Below, one piece after another: positions 50,914 to 61,603 of a stretch of 64,000 nucleotides of DNA (within the stretch, counting starts at the first letter, position 1; every line of letters starts with the position of its first letter). A program made the translations under genes and the position numbers. The DNA comes from an uncultured bacterium (GTDB taxonomy: Bacteria > Verrucomicrobiota > Verrucomicrobiia > Limisphaerales > UBA8199). The stretch covers positions 704,001-768,000 of the forward strand of contig CAVVMW010000004.1 of assembly GCA_963749495.1 (NCBI GenBank), written 5' to 3'. The notes under the pieces were generated by a model. The model was not told the DNA's origin. It made no database searches and was given only the letters and a program-made list of their open reading frames with translations.

Positions 50914-51360
50914 TCATCGCTTCCTCGTCCTGCCTCCGGGCCGGGTGACGCCTGACGGCAAATAGTGCCGGCGCACCTTTTGCGAAATTTGGCGCTCCGT
51001 CATCTTGTCGCTCGTTTCGAACCTTCTGATGCGCAGATCAAGTTTGTCTCTCTCGATGCGCTTCTTCAACTCACCTTTTGCCTCGCCAGGGCCAAATAGC
51101 AGAATAGCTTCGGCAGAGCGAAGGCATGAAACGACTTCGTCGTAGAACTTCGCGAGATGGCCCATGTATCCTCGTTGCCGGGAATCATCTGCTGTAACCA
51201 TTTGTGGCTCAAAAGGAGCCTTGGACGGCGAACGGCCAGAACGGCGAAGCTGCTTTTCTACATCGGATGTTATCCGCCTCGTCTCATGGCCCTTCTCTGA
51301 GACGAGCACGATAACGGCCTCTCGATGGTCAATCCACACACCGGCTAGTGTTTTCATCAT
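50914..51360 (-). CDS. eRF1 domain-2-like (baeRF / translational machinery) protein
   Basis: GVWIDHREAVIV, FYDEV, ILLFGPGEAK, ETSDKMTERQI. Confidence 0.78.
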   Translation of the reverse strand: MMKTLAGVWIDHREAVIVLVSEKGHETRRITSDVEKQLRRSGRSPSKAPFEPQMVTADDSRQRGYMGHLAKFYDEVVSCLRSAEAILLFGPGEAKGELKKRIERDKLDLRIRRFETSDKMTERQISQKVRRHYLPSGVTRPGGRTRKR

Positions 51361-51449
51361 TTTCCGTTTCCGTTCAGGAACGGTGTGAACAGATGAATTG
51401 GCACCGGCAGGAAACCAAGGCGATGGTCACGAAAACATTCATTGTACTA

Positions 51450-52076
51450 TTAATCTCTTTTCGTTTGCGGTGTTCGTGACCTGGCCCTCAGCGCAGCGGG
51501 CCGGGTCTCTGACCGGGGGATTCCAACGCAGGGCGCGTCCGCGCCCGGCTGGAGGAGTGGGAAGTCCACTTCGGTTTTGGCCACTCTGTTGAAGTAGTTG
51601 GAGAAAATGTTCAGGGCGATGTTGGCGACGATCTCGACAATCTGCTCGTTGGTGAACCCGGCTTTGACCAGCGCCTGAAAGTCGTCCTCACTGATTTCGC
51701 CGCGCTGGAGGACGACGCCCTGGGTGAAGCGCAACATCATCTCAGCCTTCGGGTCGGCTGCGGTCGCGTTGCGGGCCAACTGCATTTCGTTGTGCGTCAA
51801 GCCAAGCCTCTTGCCGGTTTCGTAATGCGCGGAGAGGCTGTAAGCGCAGCCGTTGATTTCCGCCACGGCCAAGGCAACCTGCTCGCGCTGGCGGGCCGTG
51901 AGCCGCCCGCGCACGAGGGCCGCGTCAGCAAGGATGTAGGCCCGCAATGAAGCAGGTGAATTGGCCATGACCCGGAGGAAGTTGGGCACTTTACCCAGCG
52001 TGAGCTGGCTGCTCTTGAGACTCCGCTTGAGTTCCGAGGTGGCCCCATTGGTTCGGATGGGAGAAAGGCGTGACAT
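51450..52076 (-). CDS. AhpD/carboxymuconolactone decarboxylase-family alkylhydroperoxidase
   Basis: VPNFLRVMANSP; REQVALAVAEINGCAYSLSAH (CxxS variant); EIVANIALN..TEVDFP. Confidence 0.88.
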   Translation of the reverse strand: MSRLSPIRTNGATSELKRSLKSSQLTLGKVPNFLRVMANSPASLRAYILADAALVRGRLTARQREQVALAVAEINGCAYSLSAHYETGKRLGLTHNEMQLARNATAADPKAEMMLRFTQGVVLQRGEISEDDFQALVKAGFTNEQIVEIVANIALNIFSNYFNRVAKTEVDFPLLQPGADAPCVGIPRSETRPAALRARSRTPQTKRD

Positions 52077-52440
52077 GATAATTTCCGTTTTGGGTTCCTT
52101 CTCTGCGTTGCTTCTGCTGCGTGAATTGTGCCCGCCAGTCCTTCAACTCTGGCAGTCATTCATTTAGCCCGCCATGACCCCATCGATCAGTCTCCGCAGC
52201 AGGAGCGCAACGGCGTCCAGCGAGCTGCTCAAGAGGAGTAGTAAGGGCGCAGGGTGTTGATTGGGGACCCGAGGCGGGGAACTCGAACTCGAAATCACTA
52301 TTGTCGGCAGTGCGGACCGCGACCACTTTCAGAGACAAGTCGGCGAAAGATTTTAGAGAACGTGACATGATAACTTCAGTTTTTGAGTTCGGTTTTTCTG
52401 CATTGCGGTTGATGAGTAAATTGTGCCCGCCAGCGCTTTG

Positions 52441-52455
52441 GCATTCGGCGTGCCA
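52441..52455 (-). promoter_or_regulatory. Sigma-54 (-24/-12) promoter
   Basis: TGGCACGCCGAATGC on the minus strand, upstream of the small ORF/AhpD/baeRF genes and near a sigma-54 activator gene. Confidence 0.7.
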
Positions 52456-52710
52456 CCCGGGCGGCTGGCCTTAAGCGTTTGATACTCAAGCGGATGCGGA
52501 TTGCCTGTGCTCGCCCGGCCTGTTGTGAGAGTTCACAAATCGTGAATTCTCACCATGAAAACACAACGTCTGGCCTGATAGCGGAAGACCTGGGAAGGCG
52601 GTTGCGGTTGGAGGTTTCTTCAAAACCGGGCAATCGGACCATTCACTTTCACCTTGCCTGTAGAAACGATTGACCTCTGTGGGAAAACCAACTCCTGGCA
52701 GAGCGCGAAA

Positions 52711-52926
52711 TCAGTCGCCCCTGAGGTCGGTCACCGGAATAGTGAAATTCATTCGCGCGTCGAGAAATTCGCCCAGAATCTGCATGTTGGCAATATGGTG
52801 GTTGAAGCAGAAAAAAAGAGCCTCAAGCCCGGTTCCAAACACGCGCGCTTTCCTGCGTTCCGTCGTCCAATCAGAAAGGCCCTTTACGTAACTCAACGTC
52901 CTTTTGTTTTGAAGTAATATATTCAT
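52711..52926 (-). CDS. Small hypothetical protein
   Basis: MNILLQNKRTLSYV..WT....A..F pattern, 71 aa. Confidence 0.55.
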   Translation of the reverse strand: MNILLQNKRTLSYVKGLSDWTTERRKARVFGTGLEALFFCFNHHIANMQILGEFLDARMNFTIPVTDLRGD

Positions 52927-53238
52927 AGATCTTTCCGCTGCGGTTATACACAGCATTTCATGGTTTACACTTTGAATTCAGCCGGACGAGAGAGGGACAC
53001 CTTGGAAGCCGCCCAGGGAAGTTGGTCAAATCCATTCGCAATATACCACTCCTTGGCAGTCTGGCAACAGCCTGTTAACACGACCCGCGGCTCAGGAAGC
53101 GTGGGAGGCACCATGACGAGATTGCTGCACACTTCGAGAAGCAGGAGGGCACTAGGTCTTGGCGGATTGCGCCCGACTACCGAGATAGCCTCCCAAGTCC
53201 AGGGCCGGCAGCCGCACTGAAGATCCTGGGACGCTTTC

Positions 53239-54866
53239 TCACCCCGCCTTTTTCAGCCCTAGCTTCCTGATGCGAGAAACCAGCGTGCTGGGATTGATTC
53301 TGAGCAACTCGGCGGCGCCGCCTGGGCCGTGAATTCTCCAGCCGCATTTGCTCAGCGCGGCCAGAATGTTGGCGCGTTCGCGCAGGCGGAACTCGGGGTC
53401 CGTGAGAATGTGGACTTCTGAACCGGTTGCCTCCGCGCCTTGCCGGGGTTCAAGCATCGGCGCCTCGCCCTGGGCGAGCGGCAGGTCGAATCGGAGCGGG
53501 CCTTTCTGCGCACAAATCAGCGCACGCTCAATGAGGTTCTGCATCTCCCGCACGTTGCCGGGCCAATCGTAGTTGTGCAACTGGACAAGGTGGGCGTCGG
53601 TGAGCCTGGGGAGCGGCACCTTGAGCCTCCGGGCGGCTTGCTCCAGGAAATGCGTGGCCAACAGCGGGATGTCCTCCTTGTGCTGGCGCAACGGGGCGAC
53701 CTCGATAGGGAAAACGTTGAGGCGGTAATAGAGATCCCGCCGAAACCGCCCCGCCTCTACCTCGGCCCTTAGATCGCGACTGCTGGCAGCAAGGATGCGA
53801 ACGTTGATGGTGCGGGTTCTTTCTTCACCAACGCGCTCGTATTGTCTTTCCTGGAGGACGCGCAGGAGTTTGCTCTGCAACTCTAGCGGGATCTCGCCAC
53901 CTCGTCGAGGAAGAGCGTGCCACCGTCCGCCGCTTCGAAACGGCCGGCGCGGTCCTTGATCGCGCCGGTGAACGAGCCTTTGGCGTGGCCGAAGAATTCG
54001 CTTTCGTAAAGCTCGCGCGGGACGGACGCGCAATTGACGCGGATGAGGGGCTGCTGACTGCGGCGGCTGCGCTGGTGGATTTCGCGGGCGACCAGTTCCT
54101 TGCCCGCACCGGATTCGCCAAGGATTAGCACGGTGGCATCAGTAGGCGCTACCATGCCAATCTGCCGCCGCATCTGCTTGAGGCTCGCGCTTTGGCCGAT
54201 GATGTCGCCCAGAGCCTTGGCTTCGCGAACCTCTTCGCGGAGGTAAATGGTTTCCAATTCCAGCCGGGCGCGCAACCGGTCGTTCTCTTCGAAGGCGCGT
54301 GCGTTCACCAAGGCCACGGCAATGTGGTCGGCAAAAATGCGCAGCCATGCGGGACCCTGGTCAGGGGTGGGAATGCGGGCAAACAGGGCGAGCACGCCCA
54401 GCACTTCCTCCTTGTACCGGATCGGCTGTGCATCGAAGCCGTGCATCTTTTCCGTCATCGCCCAGTCCGATCGGGACAACAGGGACGAGTCGTGGGCCAC
54501 ATCTTTCACCACCAAGGCTTGGCCGGTGGCCGCCACGCGGCCGATTTTCCCCACGCCGATTGAAATGCGCTGGAACTCATCGTCGAGCCGCAACCAATCC
54601 TCCTTGGGATCCGCTTTGGGTCGCCCTGCGCTGGCGACCAAGTGAAGGCAGGAGGTTTGATCAGGACACTTCGCTCGCACGCAGCAGGATGAACAAAGGT
54701 CGCCCTTGTCCACGAGCCAGATGCGCGCCAGCGCGACATACAGCGGCTCGGCCAGACGGGTCACGACGCGGCGGAGGAGTTCAGCGACGGAGCGGATCTG
54801 GGCCAGCTCGAGGAGGCGTTCCTTGAAGGAATCGAACTCCGGCGGGTAATCGGCAGGCAGATACAC
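53239..54866 (-). CDS. GAF-AAA+-Fis sigma-54 transcriptional activator (one G missing near 53898)
   Basis: GESGAGKE, ESEFFGHAKGSFTGA, FLDEV|GEIP, FRRDLYYRL, WPGNVRE, C-terminal HTH. Confidence 0.9.
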
Positions 54867-54972
54867 GCCTGCGTTATAGCTTAAGTCCTGAATGGGGGCA
54901 ACCTGAAAGCGGGAAAGCTGAGGCGGCAAATGAAAAGAGAGAAGAAGGGGGACGCTGGGATCAAAGCGTCAG

Positions 54973-55340
54973 TCAAAATCCTCCAGCGTTTTGAGGTGGT
55001 GGAAGTCCGCCGCCTGCGAACTTCTGCTCGCTCACCAAGTCCTGATAAATCCGCTGAGCGGTGGAGCCGGCGTCCCAACCGTCTTTGATGAAGCCCTCAA
55101 AAGGCTGGCAGTGACTGACTCGGCCAGGCTTGGACCTGGCGGGCGAAATGGCTGGTTTTGGCTCCTCCACCTGATGGGCCAATCAACGGTATCGACCGAC
55201 GGTCTCGCGGTCGATCCCCAGTTCGCGCGCAATCCTGCCGCCCCTCTCCCGCCGCTCGATTCTCGCAAGCACGTTGGGGGTAAAAATATACTACGGCAAG
55301 GTCGGCGTGCTCATGGAGAAGGCTGATGAACTGCTCCATG
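54973..55340 (-). pseudogene. Degenerate IS21-family IstA N-terminal remnant
   Basis: RKIARELGIDRETVGRY and KPAISPA..SHCQPF..TAQRIYQDLVSEQKFAG in different frames. Confidence 0.7.
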
Positions 55341-55602
55341 GAAAACCTCTCGCCAAGACGATCGCAGTTGTTTCAATCATCACCGCGGCAGGCCTCTTTC
55401 TTGTCGCCGTCCGCTTGCCAGATTAACCGTCGCAAGAAATCAACCATCGTGACCCTGTGTAGCCGAGTCCCTCAACGTCAACCAGCGCCAAGATCCCTTT
55501 CAATCCGCAACACGCCTGACAACCTGCATTTCAGCCAGTCACAGATTTGCTTCGGGGTCTTCAGGGTCATGTTCTGGTCACCCATCTCCGTCCCCCCAAA
55601 GG

Positions 55603-55640
55603 AAAAAGGCGCAACACCCCTGAAGAGCATTGCGCCTTTC
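55603..55640 (-). terminator. Probable intrinsic terminator
   Basis: AAAGGCGCAA...TTGCGCCTTT stem with a T-run on the minus strand, just after the stop at 55654. Confidence 0.6.
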
Positions 55641-55653
55641 CAAAATCTACAGC

Positions 55654-56088
55654 CTAAAATGGCAGCTTCTCCGCCTTCTTGGCTTTGGCCCATCTCCTCT
55701 TGGCCGCCAGGGACATCGCCTTTCGCCCGGCCTCACTGATGTTCCTCTTCTTCTTGGGTTTGGCTTCTTCTGTCACCGGGGCCGCTTCCGGTTGCGCTTC
55801 GCCCCTCTTCGCCGCCCACCTTGCCTTCGCCGCAGCACTGATGGCTGCACGACCCTCCGGACTCATCTTCCTCCGCCTCCGTTTTGCCGGTTCTGCTGTC
55901 CTGGCCAGTTCAGGGGCACTCTGCGTCTTCGGCATCCTCTTCCTCCTCCCATTCTTCGGCTTCGCAGGTGGTTCAGGGGCGACAGGAGCGCCGAGGATCT
56001 GAGTGAGTTCGCCCTGCAGCTCCTGGATCTGCTCCTGGAGGTCCGCAGCCTTCCGTAGTTGTTGTGGTGACATGCTGGTTATGTCCAT
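55654..56088 (-). CDS. Basic histone-like/nucleoid-associated protein (coiled coil plus two ..S.EGR.A.S.AAK.RWA repeats)
   Basis: Highly K/R/A-rich, N-terminal coiled coil, neighbour of HU. Confidence 0.7.
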   Translation of the reverse strand: MDITSMSPQQLRKAADLQEQIQELQGELTQILGAPVAPEPPAKPKNGRRKRMPKTQSAPELARTAEPAKRRRRKMSPEGRAAISAAAKARWAAKRGEAQPEAAPVTEEAKPKKKRNISEAGRKAMSLAAKRRWAKAKKAEKLPF

Positions 56089-56100
56089 AGTGAGGGGCAT

Positions 56101-56129
56101 TGTGGCTGGAATCGTGGGAAAGTCAAGCG
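56101..56129 (-). promoter_or_regulatory. Duplicated sigma-70-like promoter, copy A
   Basis: TTGACT-TTCCCACGATTCCAGC-CACAAT; 28/29 identical to 56868-56896. Confidence 0.7.
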
Positions 56130-56374
56130 GCAGAGCTTTTTTCCAACTGAGCACGATTGGCCTTTAGGTAATCCTCCATAGTCTCAAGTGCCGTCGTCTG
56201 AGTTCGTCGGTTTTGCCCTAACTGCCTCATCATCCTGTAATCGATCAGCCTTTTCCCAAGGCTCATAATCTGAATGTGGGCATCATTCATCCTCCAGAGC
56301 TGGCCCTTTTCCAACGCTGGTGAGATCTTCGTTCGATTCGATTTGCTTCGTCTATCCACCAAGCAGTATGGCAT
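56123..56374 (-). CDS. Small basic hypothetical protein
   Basis: LEKGQLWRM..HIQI..LGKRLIDYRMM..YLKANRAQL; lies between HU and the histone-like gene. Confidence 0.55.
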   Translation of the reverse strand: MPYCLVDRRSKSNRTKISPALEKGQLWRMNDAHIQIMSLGKRLIDYRMMRQLGQNRRTQTTALETMEDYLKANRAQLEKSSAA

Positions 56375-56566
56375 GTTTATCGAATATGTCAAGGCGTCAT
56401 TACGATCTGAAGTTAATTCCGGGAGAAACAGGTTCCCGATGGCGCCTGGCAGCGGCCATTCTTTCATTCGGTCGCAGCAAGGTACCGTTGCGCTTTGGCC
56501 GTGTCTCGCGAACTTCGAAGGCGGAGCAAAGCCCTCCGCCATTCCAACGAACACCACCGACCCCGC

Positions 56567-56857
56567 CTACTTCTTTGCGCCCAGAATCGCGTCCTTGGCT
56601 GCCTTGGCGATACGGAACTTCACAACCCGCTTTGCAGGGATCTTTATGGACTCCCCGGTCGCCGGATTTCGACCCATGCGGGCCTTGCGATTCACCAGGA
56701 CCAGCTTGCCCAGGCCCGGAATGCTGAACTTGTTCTTGGCATTCTTGTACGCCAGGGCCACCAGAGCTTCCAGGACCTGGGTGGCTTGTTTGTGGCTGAC
56801 TCCAACCGTTTCGGCCAGAGACACTGTGATTTGAGATTTTGTTAACGGTTTTGCCAT
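56567..56857 (-). CDS. hup: HU-family DNA-binding protein
   Basis: MAKPLTKSQI, IPGLGKL, RKARMGRNPATGESIKIPAKRVVKF. Confidence 0.95.
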   Translation of the reverse strand: MAKPLTKSQITVSLAETVGVSHKQATQVLEALVALAYKNAKNKFSIPGLGKLVLVNRKARMGRNPATGESIKIPAKRVVKFRIAKAAKDAILGAKK

Positions 56858-56867
56858 ATCGGCGTAA

Positions 56868-56896
56868 TGTGGCTGGAATCGTGGGAATGTCAAGCG
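56868..56896 (-). promoter_or_regulatory. Duplicated sigma-70-like promoter, copy B
   Basis: TTGACA-TTCCCACGATTCCAGC-CACATT, 8 nt before the HU ATG. Confidence 0.7.
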
Positions 56897-56952
56897 TCTC
56901 GTGCAGATCTGGGTTGAAACGACGCGGCGGAAGTCTCAACCTTGTCCTGAAA

Positions 56953-57250
56953 GTGAAACGCGAGCTGTCATTTCGTGTCGGATGCCTGGCTGAACTTGCT
57001 TTGCTGGCCCTGGCCGTGCTCTGGGGCTGGCTCTTCCATCGGCCTGCTCTCGTGGAGCTGCATTGGAGCCTTCAACATGCCCTGGTTGGAATTGTCGCGT
57101 CCATCTCTTCCTTGATGTTCTTCCTGTGGACCTTGAAATCGCAGCTCAGGGTCTTTTTCCTCACCGCGATTTGCAGGCGTCATTGCTGCGGCCCCTGTTC
57201 GAGAACTGGTCCAGCCTGCGAGTCGGGGTCATTTCCATTCTCGACGGCGA
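56953..57250 (+). pseudogene. N-terminal remnant of a CPBP (CAAX protease-like) membrane protein
   Basis: TM segments then LLRPLFENWS..VISIL in a shifted frame; truncated before the catalytic EE motif. Confidence 0.5.
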
Positions 57251-58267
57251 GCAAAGGGAGCAAAGTGCGTGTCACTGCGCCATTGTAAGCGGAGCGGGTT
57301 ATTTGAACCGAACATAGCATAGCGGAGAAAACCGGTCCGCGGTTTGAGTACTTCGGAAAAGAAGGGGTTTTCTGCAGGCTGCGCTTATGCCGCGGTTCAC
57401 CATTGAGAAGGTCTTTTCAGCCGCAAAGCAAGTCAACCGGAGCTCTACGCGCTCATCGTTGTTGAGGATTTCGGTCATGAAGCTGAGCCGGTCGCAGTCG
57501 CCCACGACCGCCACCTTCAAGTTGCAGCGGGCGAGCTTAGTCGCAGCTACGCGCAAGAGCATTTGTGTGATAGCGCAACCGAGCATCTGCGCCGTCATGT
57601 GGTCCAGGTAGCTCATATTCTTTTTCTCATTTCTCCGTGCGGAGCGGATAGGGCCTCAGAGGCCGCCCGCAGGGCTGGTCGTGCTCCGTACGATTGACCG
57701 GTCAAATGGAGCGGCGGCGCGAGTGGTTTCCATCAATGGCTTCCTGTGCTTCTGCCTTTTCGGGCATCGTGGCAAATGGCCATCAGCTCCTGCCCACGCT
57801 TCCTCCACCTCTTCTGCGACCATATGTTGGCATAACCTCTGGCATGGTGAGCGGTCAATGTATGCTCGCCTGAAGTCGCTATCGCAATTTCCGCTGCCAA
57901 TTTCATAACCCAACTGGCCACGCAAGGAGACCGCCACGAAACCTGCAAACCCTGACGGTCCCTCGCTGCTTTGAAACCGCGAAGATGGAGGAGGAGCACA
58001 TTCCGACCATATCAGCCGAATGTGCATTGCCTGGACTGGCCCAATATTGCGCCACATCTTTTAGCGGCTCTTCGGTATCGGCTGTTTTGAAGAATGCTCA
58101 AGCGCCATTTTCGGTTGATCTGGCCTCCCCTCCCGCGTCCATCCTTCTGCCGCTGGTATGACAAGAGGGTAACGGTCCAGGTCTAAACCTGGTCCCCTCC
58201 CCACCCCCAGCCTCTTTGGAGGACCTGGGGGCGTTTTCATGTACAAACCCCTTCCCCTCAAGAAATT

Positions 58268-58505
58268 ATGTCCCGAAGATCCGCGTGGTTATTGCAGGAA
58301 GAAATCGTCCCCCGTCTCAAAAGCGCGCATGCCTCAAACCGTCTCCTTCATCGGCTCAGAGGATGCCGAAGAGCTGGTGCAGGATTCAATCGCCATGGCA
58401 GTAAAACTCCTGCACAACGTTGACAAGGCCCACAAAAAGGTGACCCCAGGAAACATCGCCTACTACACCATCCAGCACATGAAGTCCGGCAGAAGGTCAT
58501 TCTGA
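58268..58505 (+). pseudogene. Remnant of a sigma-factor-like hypothetical gene
   Basis: LLQEEIVPRLKSA then IGSEDAEELVQDSIAMA..KVTPGNIAYYTIQHMKSGRRS; frameshifted and truncated. Confidence 0.5.
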
Positions 58506-58994
58506 TCGAGATCCGCCGTTTGCCTCAGTGGAAGAAGGACCTGGAGGCAACTCGTGAAAAGATGGCCTGCAGAACTGAACGCCGGCATTGACTTGGCCTT
58601 CCTCTATCCCTATCCCCGTCACCCTGTAGTTCTCCTGGTCTTTATTGACTGGGAGGACTACGGGGTGATGGGGTGGGGAGTTGTCAATGGGGGAGTCTTC
58701 TCGTTTGCACATGGAAGCCCGGATTGATCTGCTCCTGGGCCTTCACGGATCCAGAATCGCGCGCATTTGGCCCTTCCAGAGGTTTTGGGAACCTCGACCA
58801 CCTCCAACGTACCGGAACAGGGCCTCAACGGCTCGTAGGATCATTCCCGTGCAAAAGAACGGCAAATGTACAATAACGGCTTATCTGTAAGGTTCTCTGC
58901 AATGGTTTGAACGCCAGTCGGGATAGTGGCTGTTGATTCCAGTGAGGGGTTGGGCGGCATTGTGTCTGACAAAACCGTCTGGACCATCCATGAT

Positions 58995-59549
58995 TCACTT
59001 GCTGGGAGCTGAAGTCTCAACTACAGGGGTCAGCGCGAACCCCTCAAATTCCACTGTGAGCGGGGTTGAAGTATTGTGGCCTGCGACGACCCCAGCGCGC
59101 AAAGTCTTTGATAACTTCGTGACCATCGGCTCAAGGGAAGTCCACTGAACCCCATCAGGGCTCACGGATGCTGAAATCTTGTCACCATGCCGCTCCAATC
59201 TCAACGAGGTAGCGTTGCCCCGCAGCGGATGCTGGGAGGCGTTGCCGGCCCTCACGAGTTGTCCGTTGCTTCGCAACTCGAAGCTCGCGTAGCTCATCGT
59301 CTGCTGGTTAACAACGAGTTGGGCGCGCTCAAGGCGGATATAGTTGTTGGAATCCTGCCACAAGAGCAGCCCTGCTCCTTGGAAGGCGCGCCGTCCGCTC
59401 ACTAAACTGGACGTTCCCGGCGCAAAAGCACCCGAGACCTTCACCTGCGCAACGAAGTCGCCAGTGACTTTCTGAAGAACCCGCGGCGCGCTCATATTGC
59501 CACGCTCGACAGCGAGGCCATGGACCTTGCCCGGAATCGAGACTGTTAA
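58995..59549 (-). pseudogene. 5'-truncated DUF1349/ConA-like lectin domain gene
   Basis: LTVSIPG..APRVLQKVTGDFVAQVKV, AGLLLWQD..YIRLER, SPDGVQW; cut by the IS end. Confidence 0.7.
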
Positions 59550-60146
59550 CCCTAACGTTGCATAAAAATGACCCTTTTTGCGACCAATGGGAGCATTCTT
59601 TAGGACTGCGGTGGCTCGCGTGGCCTGTGCCTCGGCAAGCGCGAGCGGCGAGCGGGCAGCCGCAGAGCGCAACCACGGCGAGGAACGACCAGTGGAAGGA
59701 ATTGGGGAGGAGAAGGAAGGCTACTCCGGCACGCACTTTAGCGTTGCAGCCGGGTCTGTAGGCTTAAGAAAGCTGGGTGGCTACGCCTGGAGGTAGCTGC
59801 GGAAGATCTGTTCCACCACTTTGTTGGCGGTCAACGTCAGGGTCAGGCGGCCATTGGTCCGGGTGAGTCGTCCCGCCCGTTGGATGAACTTGCGCCGCAT
59901 CATCTCCAAGCCCTCAAAGATCCACAAGGCACTGCGCTTGTGGGTGGTGGCGCGTTCCGGGGCGCGGGCGTCCCTCTGTAACTCCCGGCCCAGGTTGTGG
60001 GCCAGCACGGCACAGAGCAGGTACATCTTGTTGGTCACCCATTTGCGACCCGGCAAGTAATCCATCTGGGCTTGGTCTTTGAGTTCGCCCAAGAGCTTCT
60101 CCTGCTGCCCTCGGCCCTCATGGAAGCGGACGACGTTCAGGGCCAG

Positions 60147-60166
60147 CCTGCCTGCCGGCAGGCAGG
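60147..60166. repeat. 20-bp perfect palindrome insertion CCTGCCTGCCGGCAGGCAGG
   Basis: Interrupts ..TNKTG|LALNVVRF.. Confidence 0.92.
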
Positions 60167-61005
60167 CCCGGTCTTGTTGGTCACGATCACCTTGAATTCA
60201 AATCCCGTCTGGTGGGGTTCGAAGATGTCTAACTGGATGGGACCCTTCTGTTGCACGGTGCTCTCCTGGCGAATGAAGATGAACCGGCGGGGCGTTTCCC
60301 AGCACTTGGGCTTCCAGAGCTTGAGGAAATACCGCAGTTTACCGTCCACCGTGGCCGGCCACCACACGCGCCGGTCCTGGATCAGAGCCTTGAGCTCCAC
60401 AAAACGCTCGAAGGGGACCGACACGGTGAATTCCACGTCGAGTTGCTCCAGCGCCCCAACCATCTCATCACTGAAAAAGGCGCTATCCATCCGGACCTCG
60501 ATCTGGACTCCGGGCAGGGCTTGGCGCAGGCGCCCCACACATTGGCGCACAAACTCTACGGCTCCATTGGAGTCGTGCACGTTGCCCGAGCGGTGCAACA
60601 CGTCCAGGACTTGCGCCGTCTGCGCCACGGTGCAGAAGAGGGGGTAGTAGCTCCGGGCGCCCTTCTTCTGCTTGTTGAAGCCCACTGCGGTTCCTTCGGC
60701 GTGTTTGCTGGCCCACAGGACGCTGCCGTCGAAGTCCAAGGTCACGCGCGCGAGCCCCTCCTGTGCCAGTCGTCCCAGGACCTGCTGGCGATTCAACCCC
60801 TGGTGGGCGGCCACCGCCGGTTCATCGAAGTCGGCCAGAATGCGGCTGAGGGTCGAAACGTCCGGGAGCGCCTTGAGACCCAGCACGCGCCGCACCAGCG
60901 GGTCCTCTTTATAGAATTGGATGTCGCGCAGCTTGCGAAAGCCCAGGAGCAGGTGCACGATGAGCCAGAGCACAACCACGTGCGGCTGATAGAGGGTCTT
61001 GCCGG

Positions 61006-61025
61006 CCTGCCTGCCGGCAGGCAGG
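61006..61025. repeat. 20-bp perfect palindrome insertion CCTGCCTGCCGGCAGGCAGG
   Basis: Interrupts ..CSAHLA|GKTLYQP.. Confidence 0.92.
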
Positions 61026-61231
61026 CCAGATGGGCCGAGCACTGGTGCAAGCGCTCCTTGAGTTGGATTTTGCCGAAGAGTTGCTGGAAGATGAGCAAAC
61101 CGCCGAAGCTGGTCAGTTGTTGTTCCTGGAATTGCACCTGCGGCATCGAGGAGGCTCTCGTATAGATTTGCTGCTGGCTAAGTCTCATGGGAGAAGGGTT
61201 TGAGGTGAAAGGAGGGGGGGCGGGTGGAGGC

Positions 61232-61603
61232 TCACTTGGGTTGGAGCGTGGCGGTGTCTCTGGCGGCTTGGAGCCTCAGTTGGGCTGCCTGGAGGGCTAA
61301 CTCGACCCATTGTGCCGTCAGCTTGCGAAAGGTTCTATAAGTGGCCAGTTGGGCCTTGACCTGAGCGACAAAGCCGGGGCGGATGAACTGGCTGGTGCTC
61401 TTGCGGCGATGCACCCAACTCAGTTGGTAATAGGGGCCGTGGCGTCGGGGTTTTTCGGGGTCCTTACAACGGCAGCCCGGCTTGCCGCAGACGTTATACT
61501 GCCGGGAAAGGCTTCCGGGACGCATATCGCCCAAGGCGGCGAGTTGGGTTTTGATGTGTTGGATACGAGCTTCGATTTGCGGGATAGAGATCGTTTTCTT
61601 CAT
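61232..61603 (-). CDS. DUF6788-like Cys/His protein, IS accessory gene
   Basis: MRPGSLSRQYNVCGKPGCRCKD..HGPYYQLSW. Confidence 0.85.
   Translation of the reverse strand: MKKTISIPQIEARIQHIKTQLAALGDMRPGSLSRQYNVCGKPGCRCKDPEKPRRHGPYYQLSWVHRRKSTSQFIRPGFVAQVKAQLATYRTFRKLTAQWVELALQAAQLRLQAARDTATLQPK

Larger units (their letters stand above)
59781..61188 (-). pseudogene. IS1380-family transposase disrupted by two 20-bp palindromic insertions
   Basis: LTSFGGL, LPDVSTLSR, TLDFDGSV, SYYPLF, VRMDSAFFS, FHEGRGQQE..GELK; removing both inserts gives an open 456-codon frame. Confidence 0.9.

Noticed and set aside
57299..58260. Several short ORFs in a lower-GC stretch
   Set aside because: No recognisable motifs; they cannot be distinguished from decayed DNA.
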